DNA of 61,782 nt, filler included, from Choristocarpus tenellus KU-1152 (Eukaryota; Protista; Phaeophyceae), in NCBI GenBank assembly GCA_964200185.2. It is 9 parts of 9 records of this genome, joined end to end, with 100 filler letters (N's around TTAATTAATTAA, not from the genome) between each part and the next. Parts side by side here need not be neighbours in the genome. Positions count along the whole stretch, not along the records: positions 22,056 to 37,010 come from CAXNAD020001089.1; positions 37,111 to 39,686 come from CAXNAD020026615.1; 7 more parts are not named here. One strand, written 5' to 3'. Shown one piece after another: positions 25,086 through 37,177 of this stretch. The notes beneath the pieces were generated by a model. It worked only from the letters and a program-made list of their open reading frames with translations. It was not told the DNA's origin and ran no database searches. Within the stretch, counting starts at the first letter, position 1; each line of letters begins with the position of its first letter. The translations under genes and the position numbers were made by a program.

Positions 25086-25376
25086 GGGCCAAAGTATCTT
25101 AGGGTTAAGGTAGATCCGTGTCCATTTGGGGGTCAAAATCCAATTTGGCGATTTTGATGTAATTTCAACTATTGTGTTTGTTAGGAAGTGTCAACTCCCT
25201 TGTTCCAGACACACCTTTTTGTAAGGTATACCTTTCACCTGCTCTGAAACATTTCGGAGTAGGAAAACGACGTACTAAATAAAAACTTAGGGTTAGGGTT
25301 AACCCTAACCCTAAGCCAAGCCACAAATGGACAAACAGGGCAAAACTTGTACCCTAACCCTAAGATACTTTCACTC
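25086..25376 (+). mobile_element. MITE family B, full copy carrying telomeric insertions
   Basis: Ends GGGCCAAAGTATCTTAG...CTAAGATACTTTCACTC. Interior aligns by eye with 52195-52451 (reverse) and 58025-58229. Confidence 0.75.
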
Positions 25377-27619
25377 CCAGTCGCCATGAGGAGCAATTCC
25401 AAAGGAAGAAATCACAAATCCTCACTTGCTTGCCTAGCCGCACCATGTTGTTAAGTTAGGGTTAGGGTTAACTTGTTTATTCTTACTGGGAATCACTTCA
25501 TTGAAATACAATATATACATAAATAAATAGTTGTCTTTCAGAATAATCATTCTCAAGAGAGCGTAGCGTGTAGGAGGGGGAGGGCAGTAGAAAAACGCCT
25601 TCCCAACTTACCTACTGTGAACTCCCCTTCATTGTACATTGCTAAACATGCCGAGCAGATTGGCACATTCATGAGAGGATGGGCATGGAGGCGTTTGACT
25701 TCAAATCTTTCAAATCACCACAACCCACAGAAAAATATCGATGGAGAGGAGCGGCGTGGGAACATTGCATGGAGGGAGGTGATGGAGGGAGAGTTGGGAA
25801 GTGGCATCATTGGAATCAACACAGGGCACACATTAGGGCCAAGGACAGGTAAAACCTTAGGGTTAGGGTTGAATGTTAGCAGTATGTATATAAAAAACCC
25901 AACTGTTGGCAGTATGTATATTCAAAAGGGACAGCAGTACATTGAACAGACGACATAACCACATAGCTGAGGTAGTGACTAAGAAGAAAAAGAGGACATC
26001 GGTTAGGGTTAGGGTTAGGATTAGCCTGCATGGACAAGAGTAGTTACATTCCATCCTCAACAAACATACAAAAAAATGTAACTGCAGAATTGTATCCATA
26101 ATAAAACCATAATACATAACCCTAACCCTAACCCTAAGAAATACCTCCTCTGACGTTCGTGCCAAGACGGCAGAAGATATCATGGCACCATTACGTAAAA
26201 ACGCCTTCCATTAGCGTGTGGTTTCTATACAAAAAACATACAATTGCTGGAAGGCACTTGAGAGGCATTTCCCAATGGGCGTAGTCACAGTGGGTTATAG
26301 GTTACAACATAAAGTGTTGTTGGGCAGTTTGTGATTTGACTATCCTCGAAAGCAGTATTGTTTTATATCTGAGAGTGAGTGATTAGCCACATTTATATAA
26401 AAATTAGGGTTAGGGTTAAGGTTAACCCTAACCCTAAGTTAGCACTCATAACGTCCCTCGTATAAATGTGAAATAAAAAAAAATGCCTGTTTCCAACAAA
26501 AGCTCACCCTAACACTATAGCCCTAACCCTTTGCTGCTTAAAAAGTAAGGAGATATCAAGTAGTGAATATTATCAAGTCAGTTCAAGCGCAATACAATTG
26601 CAGGACGGCAACAGTGTCAACAAGTAGGGTTAGGGTTTTTGCTGCAATGTTAATACTGTAGCATGTAAGAATTCACTCCTGGCACAAAGGAGGAAAAGGG
26701 ATTCGACAACAGCCAAACTTGTTTCATGGTGTATTGTATCAAGCCATTCAACAGTCCAGTTTGAGCTCATGCAGGGTGCAAACAAGGCTGGACACATGGT
26801 TATTTGACTTTTCCTAGTGATAAACCTGCTGACCTAAGACAACACTTCAAACACCAACGATCGTCAAAGAAGGGTTAGGGTTAGGGTTACAGAGCAAGCA
26901 CAATACTCCCGACACAATAACCCTAACCCTGACACAAAGTAACCGCAATCGCAATGATCACTACCCTAACCCTACAAAGTAAACGCACTACTACAAACAG
27001 AAACAAACACAAATCAATCATCACCTACAATCACGCCACCACAGCGGAGACAAACATACCTAACACAAATGAATAGTTGGGTCCTACTGTATGTACTCCC
27101 AATACCGTAAACCTACTGTAACGACCAAACAGTATACTCCAAACACAAATAAGTTACCAATGGAAAAGCTTACTACATATTACATTCATCATCACTACCA
27201 TAGACCTCAAAAGGAGCAAACACAATACCCCAAACACAAATGACTAATTTCCGAGTCCAACTTGCACTGCTTCCATGCATAATGTTTACACCCTATCCCT
27301 ACAGCTAAAAGCCCTAAAACCATATTCTTGATGGTCAACTGCAAGAAAATATATGGTGCTGTTCTGTAAATTGTAGCGATTTGATTGGTTGAATCGGTGA
27401 GGAGTAACCAACAAATCAAGAAAATCTAGTGAGGAATTTTATTCCCACTTGGGACTCTGTGCATTTCCTACACCTCCACAACAACATGGAGTGGTGAAGC
27501 ATTCAACAAAAGTCATTGCGGCTGACAGAGGCGAGGTGAGCTTGGTTCTCATACCACTGTTCAACCACTCTACATGATGAGAAGAGGCAGCAATTATAGA
27601 ATAAGCAGAGGGAGTACGC

Positions 27620-28457
27620 AAGAGCTTCCCCTTCAATGTGCAAGGGGATCTAAGCTGCCGGTGGGTGGTGGGCTCATGGTCAAAGAACGCATGCAGCAGG
27701 CGGTTTACCAGGAGGATAAGTTGTTCTGGAGGATGACAGGAATCACACTGACCAATGCACTGAGCGGGCATTTCAATGAGCAACTCAAATGGTTGTAGAA
27801 AAAGGTTTCAAAGGGTTAGATTAAATTTGGTAGCTAGGCCAAACTTGCCTGTTGTGTCCTGGTCATCCCTCCAACACAGGCTAGGAGTGCATGCTCTAAC
27901 ATAGGGGGAACATTCCAACACCAAAACAGAGTGGACCCAGAGAATATGCACTTTTCTTTTCAAACATTTCGAGTAAACCACGGAGGCATCGAAACCTTCT
28001 ATTGCACAGTTGTGTGTTCTTTCCAAAAAATAAGAACACTGCGGTTATCAGCACGACAGGAAAAAGTGATATAAAAAAAAACTACGACAGACAGAGGACG
28101 GACGGATCATTCATGATCATTCCATCGTCGCACAATCTTGGCACTTTGAAAAGTTTTTGTTGAATAATAGTGAACTCTCTAATGACTGCCGACCTGTTGC
28201 TAGCGGAAGAAATATCTGCTCGGATGACGAGGGAATGCACGTGTGGCCATTACGAACTCATTCGCACACACCAGTACCTCAACTACACTTGATCATGATG
28301 TAGTGATCATGTATCCACAACAGGGCAAGATGAGTTTCGCATTTTCTTCTTACCCTTTGGTCGCACGACAAGCAAAGCAGCTACGGAGGCCTCTCCGAGC
28401 AAGTCTGTGCTCCCTAGCCATCATTTGGACCTCAGCCATCATATCCTTGGTGAACAT
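27620..28457 (-). CDS. Cys-rich 5' exons, possibly the N-terminus of the ADD gene
   Basis: Phase-consistent chain ~28457-28354, 27895-27849 (GC donor), 27725-~27620: MMAEVQMMAREHRLARRGLRSCFACRATKGACTPSLCWRDDQDTTEQLILLVNRLLHAFFDHE. Linkage to the ADD exons is inferred only from strand and position. Confidence 0.45.
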
Positions 28458-29308
28458 GTTCAAATTGGGGGCATCGTCAAGCGGAATATACACAAGAGGG
28501 TTTGGGGGTTATTCTATCCTTCGCTGAGGGAGGATGAGTTCCCGGCACTAAGGTATCGAATGTACTTAATATGCGGTCTCAAGTAACTGGCATGGATTAC
28601 CTTCCCGTATGCAAAACGTATCCTGTTTCACCTACTACTGCCGATAAGGCAGACCTCGTTGCACCCCTGTGAAGTCCCCCGGGCTAGTTAATCCCACTCA
28701 GTCACCACCATGGAAATATTACAGATTCCTCTGGAGCTGTGCAACGGACAAGTGCGAAGCAGTCCTAGTAGATCTATATATCGACGACTTTGAAGCAAAC
28801 TTTCACGCCTCACCTGGTTCGCCATATCCTGTTTCTAACTCGTTGTAAAAGAAAAATCAAAGAGTGGAAAGGGGGTAGGGGTTCATAGATGAGGCGAAGT
28901 GGAGAAATTCTGAGAGGAAGGTATGGGAATTCTTCCTGTTACGCACAACTTCGGCCCCTGGAAAGAGTATCAAGAGGTCATCAACATTCCAGATGTAGCG
29001 GTTTCGACTCGAACCCCTACGCAGGCGAAAGAACTACAGGAGGACCAGGAAAATGTGGACCTCACCTAGTCCAATATCATATATCTCTGGAGACATAAGC
29101 ACGCTCTACCAACCATGACAGGGAGCTTTAATCCAACACAAGTACTCGTTCCAGACAGGGTAGGCGATCACGATAATATTTCAACACAAACCAATGTAAT
29201 TCATAATTTGTTAGAGTTGCGCGCTCGCGTGTCCATATCGTTGACAATCATCAATCCCTCCCCCCACTCCATCGCATCAATAAGGGTGTCACGCCCAAAG
29301 CTGTAATC

Positions 29309-30646
29309 ATGTATGGCTCTACGTCGAAAACAACGTCCGTGGACCAGTCGCGACGACTGTTAGAGGATAGCATGCAGGTATATAGTGTTGCTTCCCCCTT
29401 CACTGTCCCCGTCGCTGTCGTGTTGCAGAATTGTGGAAACCTTTAGGTATAAAGTTTGAAGTAGGGCTGTTGCAAGAGGAACACGTTGTGCAAGCTTTAT
29501 TTGAAGATAAAAGTCTGTAGTGATGTTGAAATATGTCAGAATAGGAGAGTATTTACTTCCACTGATGCCGGTCTAGTTGGAGCACCTGTCAGGTTGAAGG
29601 ATATAAGCTGCGTCTTTCAAAGGCCTTTGTCTCTACGAGTCGGTGGGTGCATGATTTCCGTTGTCCGTACTAATATCCACATGATTCAATTTTCTGCATA
29701 GCATCATTTCTCGCTGTGAAATATGCCTCTGACCTGTCATTGATCGTAGGTCTCAAACGAGACTGGACAGATTGCGGGTAACGTCATGGGTCAGCTATAT
29801 GGGCAACGGGAGGCCCTGGAAACATCTCACGCAAGGGTAAGTTCCTGTGTTTGACTGTATGAAAAGAAGTGGGGAGAGGACATGGACTCAACGCTCGTCG
29901 TTCAGGTTTAGCTGTTGAATCCTGATTGGTGGGCAAGGTTGTGCAAGTATGGGTTTGGCGACTGTGCCTTCAAACGTTGATGCCACAACTCCCAAATGAT
30001 GATGCCCTTTCTTCCTTCCTTGCCGCTCCCTTGGTCCCGCTCCTGCTACAAGGGAGCACCAGCAACCCCCTTGGTAATGCTTACCATCGTGGTTCCTTCA
30101 GAAACTTTGCTCCCCTCTCTTATACCTACTCATTCTCATTTCCTTAATCCTATGCCCACATCTTCGATAGCAATACTTGAAAATACGCTTGATTAATGCT
30201 ATGGAATGACGTTGCCAGTGTGGATGATGCCTACAGAACCTAAGAGGTGTCCACCGCTGCACAGTTGCTTCAAGTGCAAGTACCACAGTACACGATACGA
30301 TTGAATCAAAACAGAATAACACCTGCAACGTGTGAACATACATTCCGAACACCGCCCAATGATCAGTCTTCTTATAAAAGCACCTTGAGCAAGATAATAC
30401 CTCACCTCCCTTTTCTACGATCTTTTTATGTCTCTATCAAAACTCCCCCTTGCCCCCCTCTCCTCCACTTCCTCGAAGTTGGGAGAAATGAAGGATATGA
30501 CAGACACCGCAAGATCTACATTGAAGGATATGGAAAACAAGGTGCTTGTGGAGATGATCTGTCTATACCTAACTATAGGGATATTGGTGGTCTTGATCAT
30601 TCTAGTGGTCTACAGGGAAGTCACAAACTCGGGCAAACTATTTTAG
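29309..30646 (+). CDS. Short Vti1-like Qb-SNARE, 107 aa, 3 exons
   Basis: Exons 29309-29377, 29750-29836 and 30479-30646, all phase 0 GT-AG: MYGSTSKTTSVDQSRRLLEDSMQVSNETGQIAGNVMGQLYGQREALETSHARLGEMKDMTDTARSTLKDMENK plus a C-terminal TM (ICLYLTIGILVVLIILVVY). The ETxQI...L..QRE.L motif is typical of Vti1. Confidence 0.8.
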
Positions 30647-32426
30647 AACACAGGCAGGGGGGAGCGGGGGAGGAGTATGGAGGGGGATACCATGTTGACT
30701 TGCCGTGATGGCAATGCTTACTTCACTCTTACCTGTTTCATTATGGATATGGTGTGGGCACTCCCACAACCACTCTGTCTATGTATTTACCATTTCTTTA
30801 CCATTTTTTCAGTGGCGATGGATTTGGAGGGAGACATATCATAGCTTTGCTGCCCTTGGCGTGGTAAAGCTGATAATTATTTTGGGTTAGGGTTAGGGGA
30901 CAAGGTAGATGGTCTAGCTATGGTTGAAGCCTTTGCTCGAAGTTGTAGGTAATATATCTTACAAGGTGAAGTCAACATTTAAAGCTGATAGAGTGACTAT
31001 CCTTGACTGACGGAGGTTAATGCTTCCAAGGAACATTGTATGTGTTTATATTGGTCGTGTATTGTGATTTGTGCTGCTTTGGTGCTTTGGTACTTTGGTG
31101 TGTGTTGCCTCACATCGGGCTTGTTGGGCAATGTTCAACTGCTGCCTTTCTTTTATCTGTGCCATGTTCCTGACATCCTTCATAGGGACCAAAACTCGGT
31201 GAATGTGTTTTCTATATTTATATCTCCCTCCACTCTGCAATTTATCGTCAGCAATTTAACATTTTATTCTTTTTCTGTGAATGCTTCAAGCAGACTCAGA
31301 ATGAGTTTTGTTTAAAAAGAAAGCATTTTCCCTTGGAATAGTGGACCTGGAGAATGATATCACTTGGCCAAGATGTTTTATCAGTTTTCACTGTTTTGTG
31401 TAGGTGCTACTCTTGCATTTTAGACTATTGCTTTGGTGGTGCAGTGAACAATGGTATCTCAATATCTAGATGAAGTTGGAGACCGTAGGCCACTACATCA
31501 TTAGTTCTCATGGTTGCAGCTGTTTCTGTAAATCTCCTGTTGTCAACTACCATGAATGCGCAAGTACACAGACCCAAGTTCTGCTATCCTATTGTGCTGC
31601 TGCTATTTTTTTGCACAGAGTTCAAGGTTTTGACTTTGGGGAGGGCTATTCACTGACACTTTTTAGTGCCACCTTTTGTCAAGGATACCTCCTCAGGGCC
31701 CATTGCACCTGAGTCTTGTGAGTTGTACATGTTGTGAAGCAGCTTTTGTTTCCTGCCCTTAGCCTTGCCTTTGGATAGGACATGATTTATACTTATTTTA
31801 GTATTCTGAGGTACATAGGAGGGATTGTCGTTTTAGTTCTTCATGGTACAACTTAGAAATTCACATGGATACAAGTATCTCATTTGTGCTGCCTGCCGTT
31901 GCCTTTGATAGTGAATGGTTGTTTCTATGGAAAAACGGTTTACTCAAGATAGATGAAGGAAGATTTACCAGAATGTTTTCATATTTGCTGGATAACAAAC
32001 ATCGTGGAGCAAAGGGTGCAAAACATTGTCCTGACAATGGGTTTAAGCACATGCCTATCCTGAAAGCAATTAATGTTACAGAGCAAATGGACTGGTGATA
32101 GTTGGATGACTAGAGCAACTCAACCCCATATATTGTCCGGACAAAGGAAGCTGCTAAAGTAATACTTGGAGTATGACCCTAATGTTGTCATTGATACGGT
32201 CCATTATGGGCGGAACACTACTGCACTTCCTAGAGAGATGCTACATCATCCGAATTTACATCAACTATAGTCTAGGTATGACATCAACTCAATAAAAAAT
32301 GCCCCTTCTCCTGAAAGAGTGTAAGGTATTTGACCATTGCAACTGACACACAATGAACACACAGCCCTCTGGAACGGGTCAATGGGACGATGGATCTACC
32401 ACACAATCCCCAACATGCAAAAATCT

Positions 32427-35400
32427 CTACTGTATAACTATCCTGCCATGCTCCTCCATTGGTTTTTCTTCCTCGATGTCGCCAGTCCCCCAAGCAGAAA
32501 ACGTTGCCCCAAGAAGGGAATGAAGTGGAGAGAGTGGCTTGTTGAATGAATCTACCTCTACTCTGACCCCAGCCTCGACAGCATCCCTTCCGCCCTCATT
32601 GTTTCTGATATACATACCTGCTCTCACTGAAGACATAACACGATCACTGCTGCAAATATTACTTCCACATCCTTCCTTTTGCAAAGTTCTACAGCCCACA
32701 CTTGAAGTTTGACCAGGTTCTTGAAACCTGCCCTGACTTTTCACCTTGGAGAGTACACTGCCTTGCCCATAATTGCCCCCCTTGACAATATCCATTTCCA
32801 CCTTTTCTTCTTGATCTGTGAGGGTGTCGGTCTCCCTACCCCATCCACTAGACAACTGTGCTAGTCTCTCACCACTTCCTCTACCTTTGGCGATCCCCCG
32901 AATGTCTTCATGTGTCATCCCCAAGTTTGACTTGGGCCCTCCATATCCCGTAGTCTGATATCCCCAAGGGTTGGATATTTCCTCTGATATGGCTTTGTTC
33001 TCCAACACACATTTTTCTTGTGCACCCTTTGGCCTGATGATTTCTTGCATCCTGGGGAATGTGACCCCTGAAGCACCTGTCCCTGCCCTGGAATATGCTC
33101 TTTTTATTGAAGGAGATAGTGAGGCAGATTGACTCGATCTTGCAACTTGTGCCTCCTGGACCAAAAGAGGTGATACACGATGATGCCAGGGTAATAGGGT
33201 TGAGATCACATGGCTAAGAGAAGTTTTAGGTAGAGCTAAGTGGTACTTAGGGCTTTGTGTGGCATTCGAGTAAGCAGAGGGCTCTACAGATGCACCCAGT
33301 TGTATCACCAGGATTGATTATCTCTTTGTCAATAATTGAGTTAATTGCTGACTTGAGGGTATAGGGAGTGTTGATAAAGAGTTAGGATTTCATAAGATAT
33401 ATTCTCAACTTAGAAATCCTTAAGGATTCTGCGTTGCCCCCACCTCCCCATGACGGAATATATTATACTGTGATTTGGGAAACACTTCTTTACCAGAGTG
33501 GAGTAGCCTTCTGCCTCTCTGCTGCAGTAGAATGTTTGATATTTGCAGTAGTATGGCCAAGATTCTATTACCACATCTCTCCCTTCTGAACTGCAAGCTT
33601 CAGAATCCACAGCTACTGTACAGGAAAGTCCCTGCCCCCTCTTTCTCATCTTGAACCTGACCAGACCCAACTCTAATGATTGGGTTAATTCTTACCTGTC
33701 TCAAACATGAATCGTGTAACAGATTCATTTCCTCATACTTCTCTTCATGTTCCACAATCCCTTCCTCCACAGAGAGGGTGGACATTCTTCTGTGAAAGGC
33801 CTTCTCTGGGTTGAAGTCCTCTACGAGTACTACGAGCTCATCTCCTGGAAGAGCTACAGACCTAAGGTTGGCAGACAGGGGGAGTGGCTCCCAGTGCCCC
33901 GCCATCCCTCCCTGTAGGTCCATGTCATTGCTGAAAGCACATCTTACGTCTTCCATATGGATCAGCCCATAGTGGGTCACGGGCAAATGCTCTCTCTCGT
34001 ACATTCGCATGGTCTCCTTCAACACCCATGCAACATCTCGGGTACCATTGAAAGGGATGCTTGCCGTCCATGACCCTAACCCTACGAAATCGGGGTGGGG
34101 AACAATCACTGTCACAGACCCCCGCAGCCTCCTGGCAGCAGTGCTCAAGTTCTCTAGGTCATAGATATCTTCCCCCAGAGCTGAGTCTATGTCAGGAGTC
34201 ACACCATCTGAATGTGCCCCTGCCCAGTCTTCTCGAAGTGTTCCAATATCTACTCCCATGGGTCTTGCCTCTGATGGCCACTCCACTTTCTCCTCATTTT
34301 TTGCTCTCCTATCATCTTGGCCACCTTCCTTCTTGAGCAGTTCCTGCTGCATTCTAGAAGTCGCAACGACAAGCTTTGGGCTGATCCCTCCCCTCCGAGC
34401 ACTGTCCTGAAATTCACCTTCAGTTACTACCGCGTTACCTCCTCTGTTACCAGAGGAGGGAAACACTTGTGAGCCCCTCCTTTCCGCCCGCTTGTTTCCA
34501 TCTCCACGAGTTCCACCAGACCACACTGACCGCAGTACCCTTCTCCCAGCCCACTTTGAGGCGTTTCTACCCGTTTTCCCACCATTTCTAACACTCCCAA
34601 TCGATGTCAATCCCTCCTCTTTTTTCTCTTTTAGCTCCCAGGCAAGTGATTCCAGTTCCTCTTGTCCGATCTCCAAACTCTTCCCAGGGAAGAAGTGATA
34701 CATTAACTCGGCCATATATAGATCCCCCCTCTCGACTGCTATAGTCAACAGTGGACCCATTAGGAAAGCAGGACGTTGTTCCATATCCACCACCCTCTTA
34801 ACATCTGCTGAGACCGAGTCTCCCCGGGATGCTTCTCCTGCTGCACTTGAATCATTTGTCGCCCGAACTCCAGTCTCGACCCCAGTTGCAACAATACTGG
34901 CTGCAATAGAGCGTCTACGATTGATTTTCATCCTGAAACGCGAACCAGGATTATTTGAAAGACCAGAGTGTGAATTTGTCCATGAGATATTTTGGATGGG
35001 ATGTGAGTTTCAGTTGTCATACAGAAAGGCTCCTGGGGGATATTTTCTTGTTTTGGAGAGAATTGGATGCGGTTGTGTGTACTGCTCAGTGGTTGAAGAT
35101 GTCAGAGTCGTTGGAAAGGATGTACCGTAGGAGGAAGGGCCCTAAACTCTTGCTAGAAGGGGTGGAATGTAACACTTGAAATACAAAATCCAACCTTGGT
35201 AGAATTGAGAACAAATCAGAAAATGTGAAGAAAGGCTTGATTGGAGCAAGCGTAGATCGTAATGGCAGCAGACCTCTAGCCAAGGCTAATGCTTGGAGCA
35301 AGACTAGTCATTTCATTCTAGGAAGATTGTCATAGAGTCTCTTGACATAGTTACCTTTCCTGTAGGATCATTGCCCACTTTGCTCTATTGCCCACTTTTT

Positions 35401-36000
35401 GCTGTTGGTGCTTATTTTCCTCATTCACCATCCCTGGAGGACCTGAGCACTCCTGCCCCTGATCCCCAATCAGCGTCTGACCTAGCTGAGCTGCGAAAGC
35501 TTTAGCAATTTCGAGGTTCTTCTCCTCAGATACCTGGGCTACCGTACTCTCATTCTTGAGGATAGAGCGTGCCTTGAACTTGCGGAGGAACCGAAGATTT
35601 GCAGCTGTCTCAGAAAGTGCCTGCAGGACTTGGGTTGGTGAATGTGTTTGGGGTGTGATAATATATCAACAAGAGCCTTCTGTGTTAGGTGACCTTGGGG
35701 GGCAAGATCCGAGCAACAATCCTACTTATGGATAGGAGAAGAAAAAAAGGAATGCATGATCTCCGGAAGTGTTGACTCATATGTGGTGAGAGAAATAGCT
35801 ATCTTGCCTGGGAAGAGATGACCCCGCTTGTTTTGGTGCCAATAGGGTGTCCACGAGTTTTTAGCACTTCGATAGCCATGGATTTGAAAGCGTGTGCATC
35901 TTGCTCTCCAGGCAGTACTTTGATGGGGTGAGACTCTGCAAGGTCAGATGAATAGATAGCAGGTAGAGTGGGGATGATTTTGTTGCAGTTCAAGGTATCC
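32427..36000 (-). CDS. Large multi-exon protein, mostly low complexity, with a ubiquitin-like segment
   Basis: Phase-consistent exons ~36000-35808 (GC donor), 35620-35355, 35275-35126, 34932-33696, 33521-33494 and 33283-32427, covering the 443-aa and 293-aa ORFs. 5' end not determined. Confidence 0.65.
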
Positions 36001-36793
36001 CTAAATGTGAGAATAATGTAAGCTGACCATAAGGTAACCTAGACAAAGGAAAATATGATGGAAATTGTCTTCCTCTATATAGAGGTGATATTCCTTTTGA
36101 AGAAATCCATCATTGTGAACATTCTCAGCTTTTTTCACCTTCTTACGGTATTGGCTAGTATAATTTGATTTCCCCTGTACTTGTGGTACTGACTTGATTT
36201 TGTGACTTGCAACAGTTCAATATCATAATAAATCAGATGTATGACTACTGTATGTGTCCGAGGTCACAAAATAACAACATATTCGTTTGAAGGTGTCACT
36301 ACCAATATCTTACTACACATTTCACTGTACATGGCTTTGATTTGTCTGTTGAGACCAGTGGAGACTTCAGAGGTTTTGACTCATGTGCTGAGTGTTTGGT
36401 CAATTCAATTCAAATAATTCTACTGCGTAGTAGTTGAAAATTTCAGTTCAGAAAACTAGTCCTAGAGGATAGTGCAGTAGCAATCGCACTTAATATCACC
36501 ACTTGAGACAATCACAAGAATGCCATCGGAATACTGGCAAAACACTATTGGAAGCAATATCTGTGTATGTGTGTATGTATACAAGACCAGGATTTTGTTT
36601 TGTGCAGTTTGCATGGGTCATTGAATCTTAGAACAGGCAAAGCTGAGGAATAAATCTGATTTTTTTTTAACAGTTATGGAACCCTATGCTCTCACTGCCT
36701 TGAATTTTTGCTAATTTTTTGAAATGGAGTTAACATATCTTTTCAAGAGTAATCTTGAAAGAATGGAAATCACACATAGTACTCTGGATGAGA

Positions 36794-36976
36794 GACCCAA
36801 AGTATCTGGGGGGGGTGGGGGATCTACACTAGGGTGTCCATTTGACCAAAACCAGGAAAAGTGCACGTACATTATCCATCCAATGTATGCAATCAAATCA
36901 CCCAAAAATTACGACATGGAAAAAATGGGCCCCAAACGGACACCCGCCACCCCCCTCCCCCCAGATACTTTGAGCC
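36794..36976. mobile_element. MITE family A, complete ~183-bp copy
   Basis: TIRs GACCCAAAGTATCTGGGGGG...CCCCCCAGATACTTTGAGCC, flanked by AGA on both sides (36791-36793 and 36977-36979). Confidence 0.85.
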
Positions 36977-37110
36977 AGACACACACTGCCTCTCACCCTT
37001 AAACCGTGCANNNNNNNNNNNNNNNNNNNNNNNNNNNNNNNNNNNNNNNNNNNNTTAATTAATTAANNNNNNNNNNNNNNNNNNNNNNNNNNNNNNNNNN
37101 NNNNNNNNNN

Positions 37111-37129
37111 CCCCCAGATACTTTGACCC
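37111..37129. mobile_element. MITE family A terminus within an RPS7 intron
   Basis: CCCCCAGATACTTTGACCC at the contig start, ~50 bp upstream of an RPS7 acceptor. Confidence 0.65.
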
Positions 37130-37177
37130 TGATTTTTGTCCATGTTCTTCTCCTGCGTTGTCCCACCACTCCATCAG

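Larger units (their letters stand above)
22110..26975. repeat. Dense field of short interstitial (TTAGGG)1-4/(CCCTAA)1-4 tracts
   Basis: More than 30 separate short tracts in both orientations within otherwise unique intronic sequence. Confidence 0.92.

Noticed and set aside
22110-26975. A true chromosome end
   Set aside because: Tracts are short, in both orientations and interleaved with exons; there is no long unidirectional terminal array.
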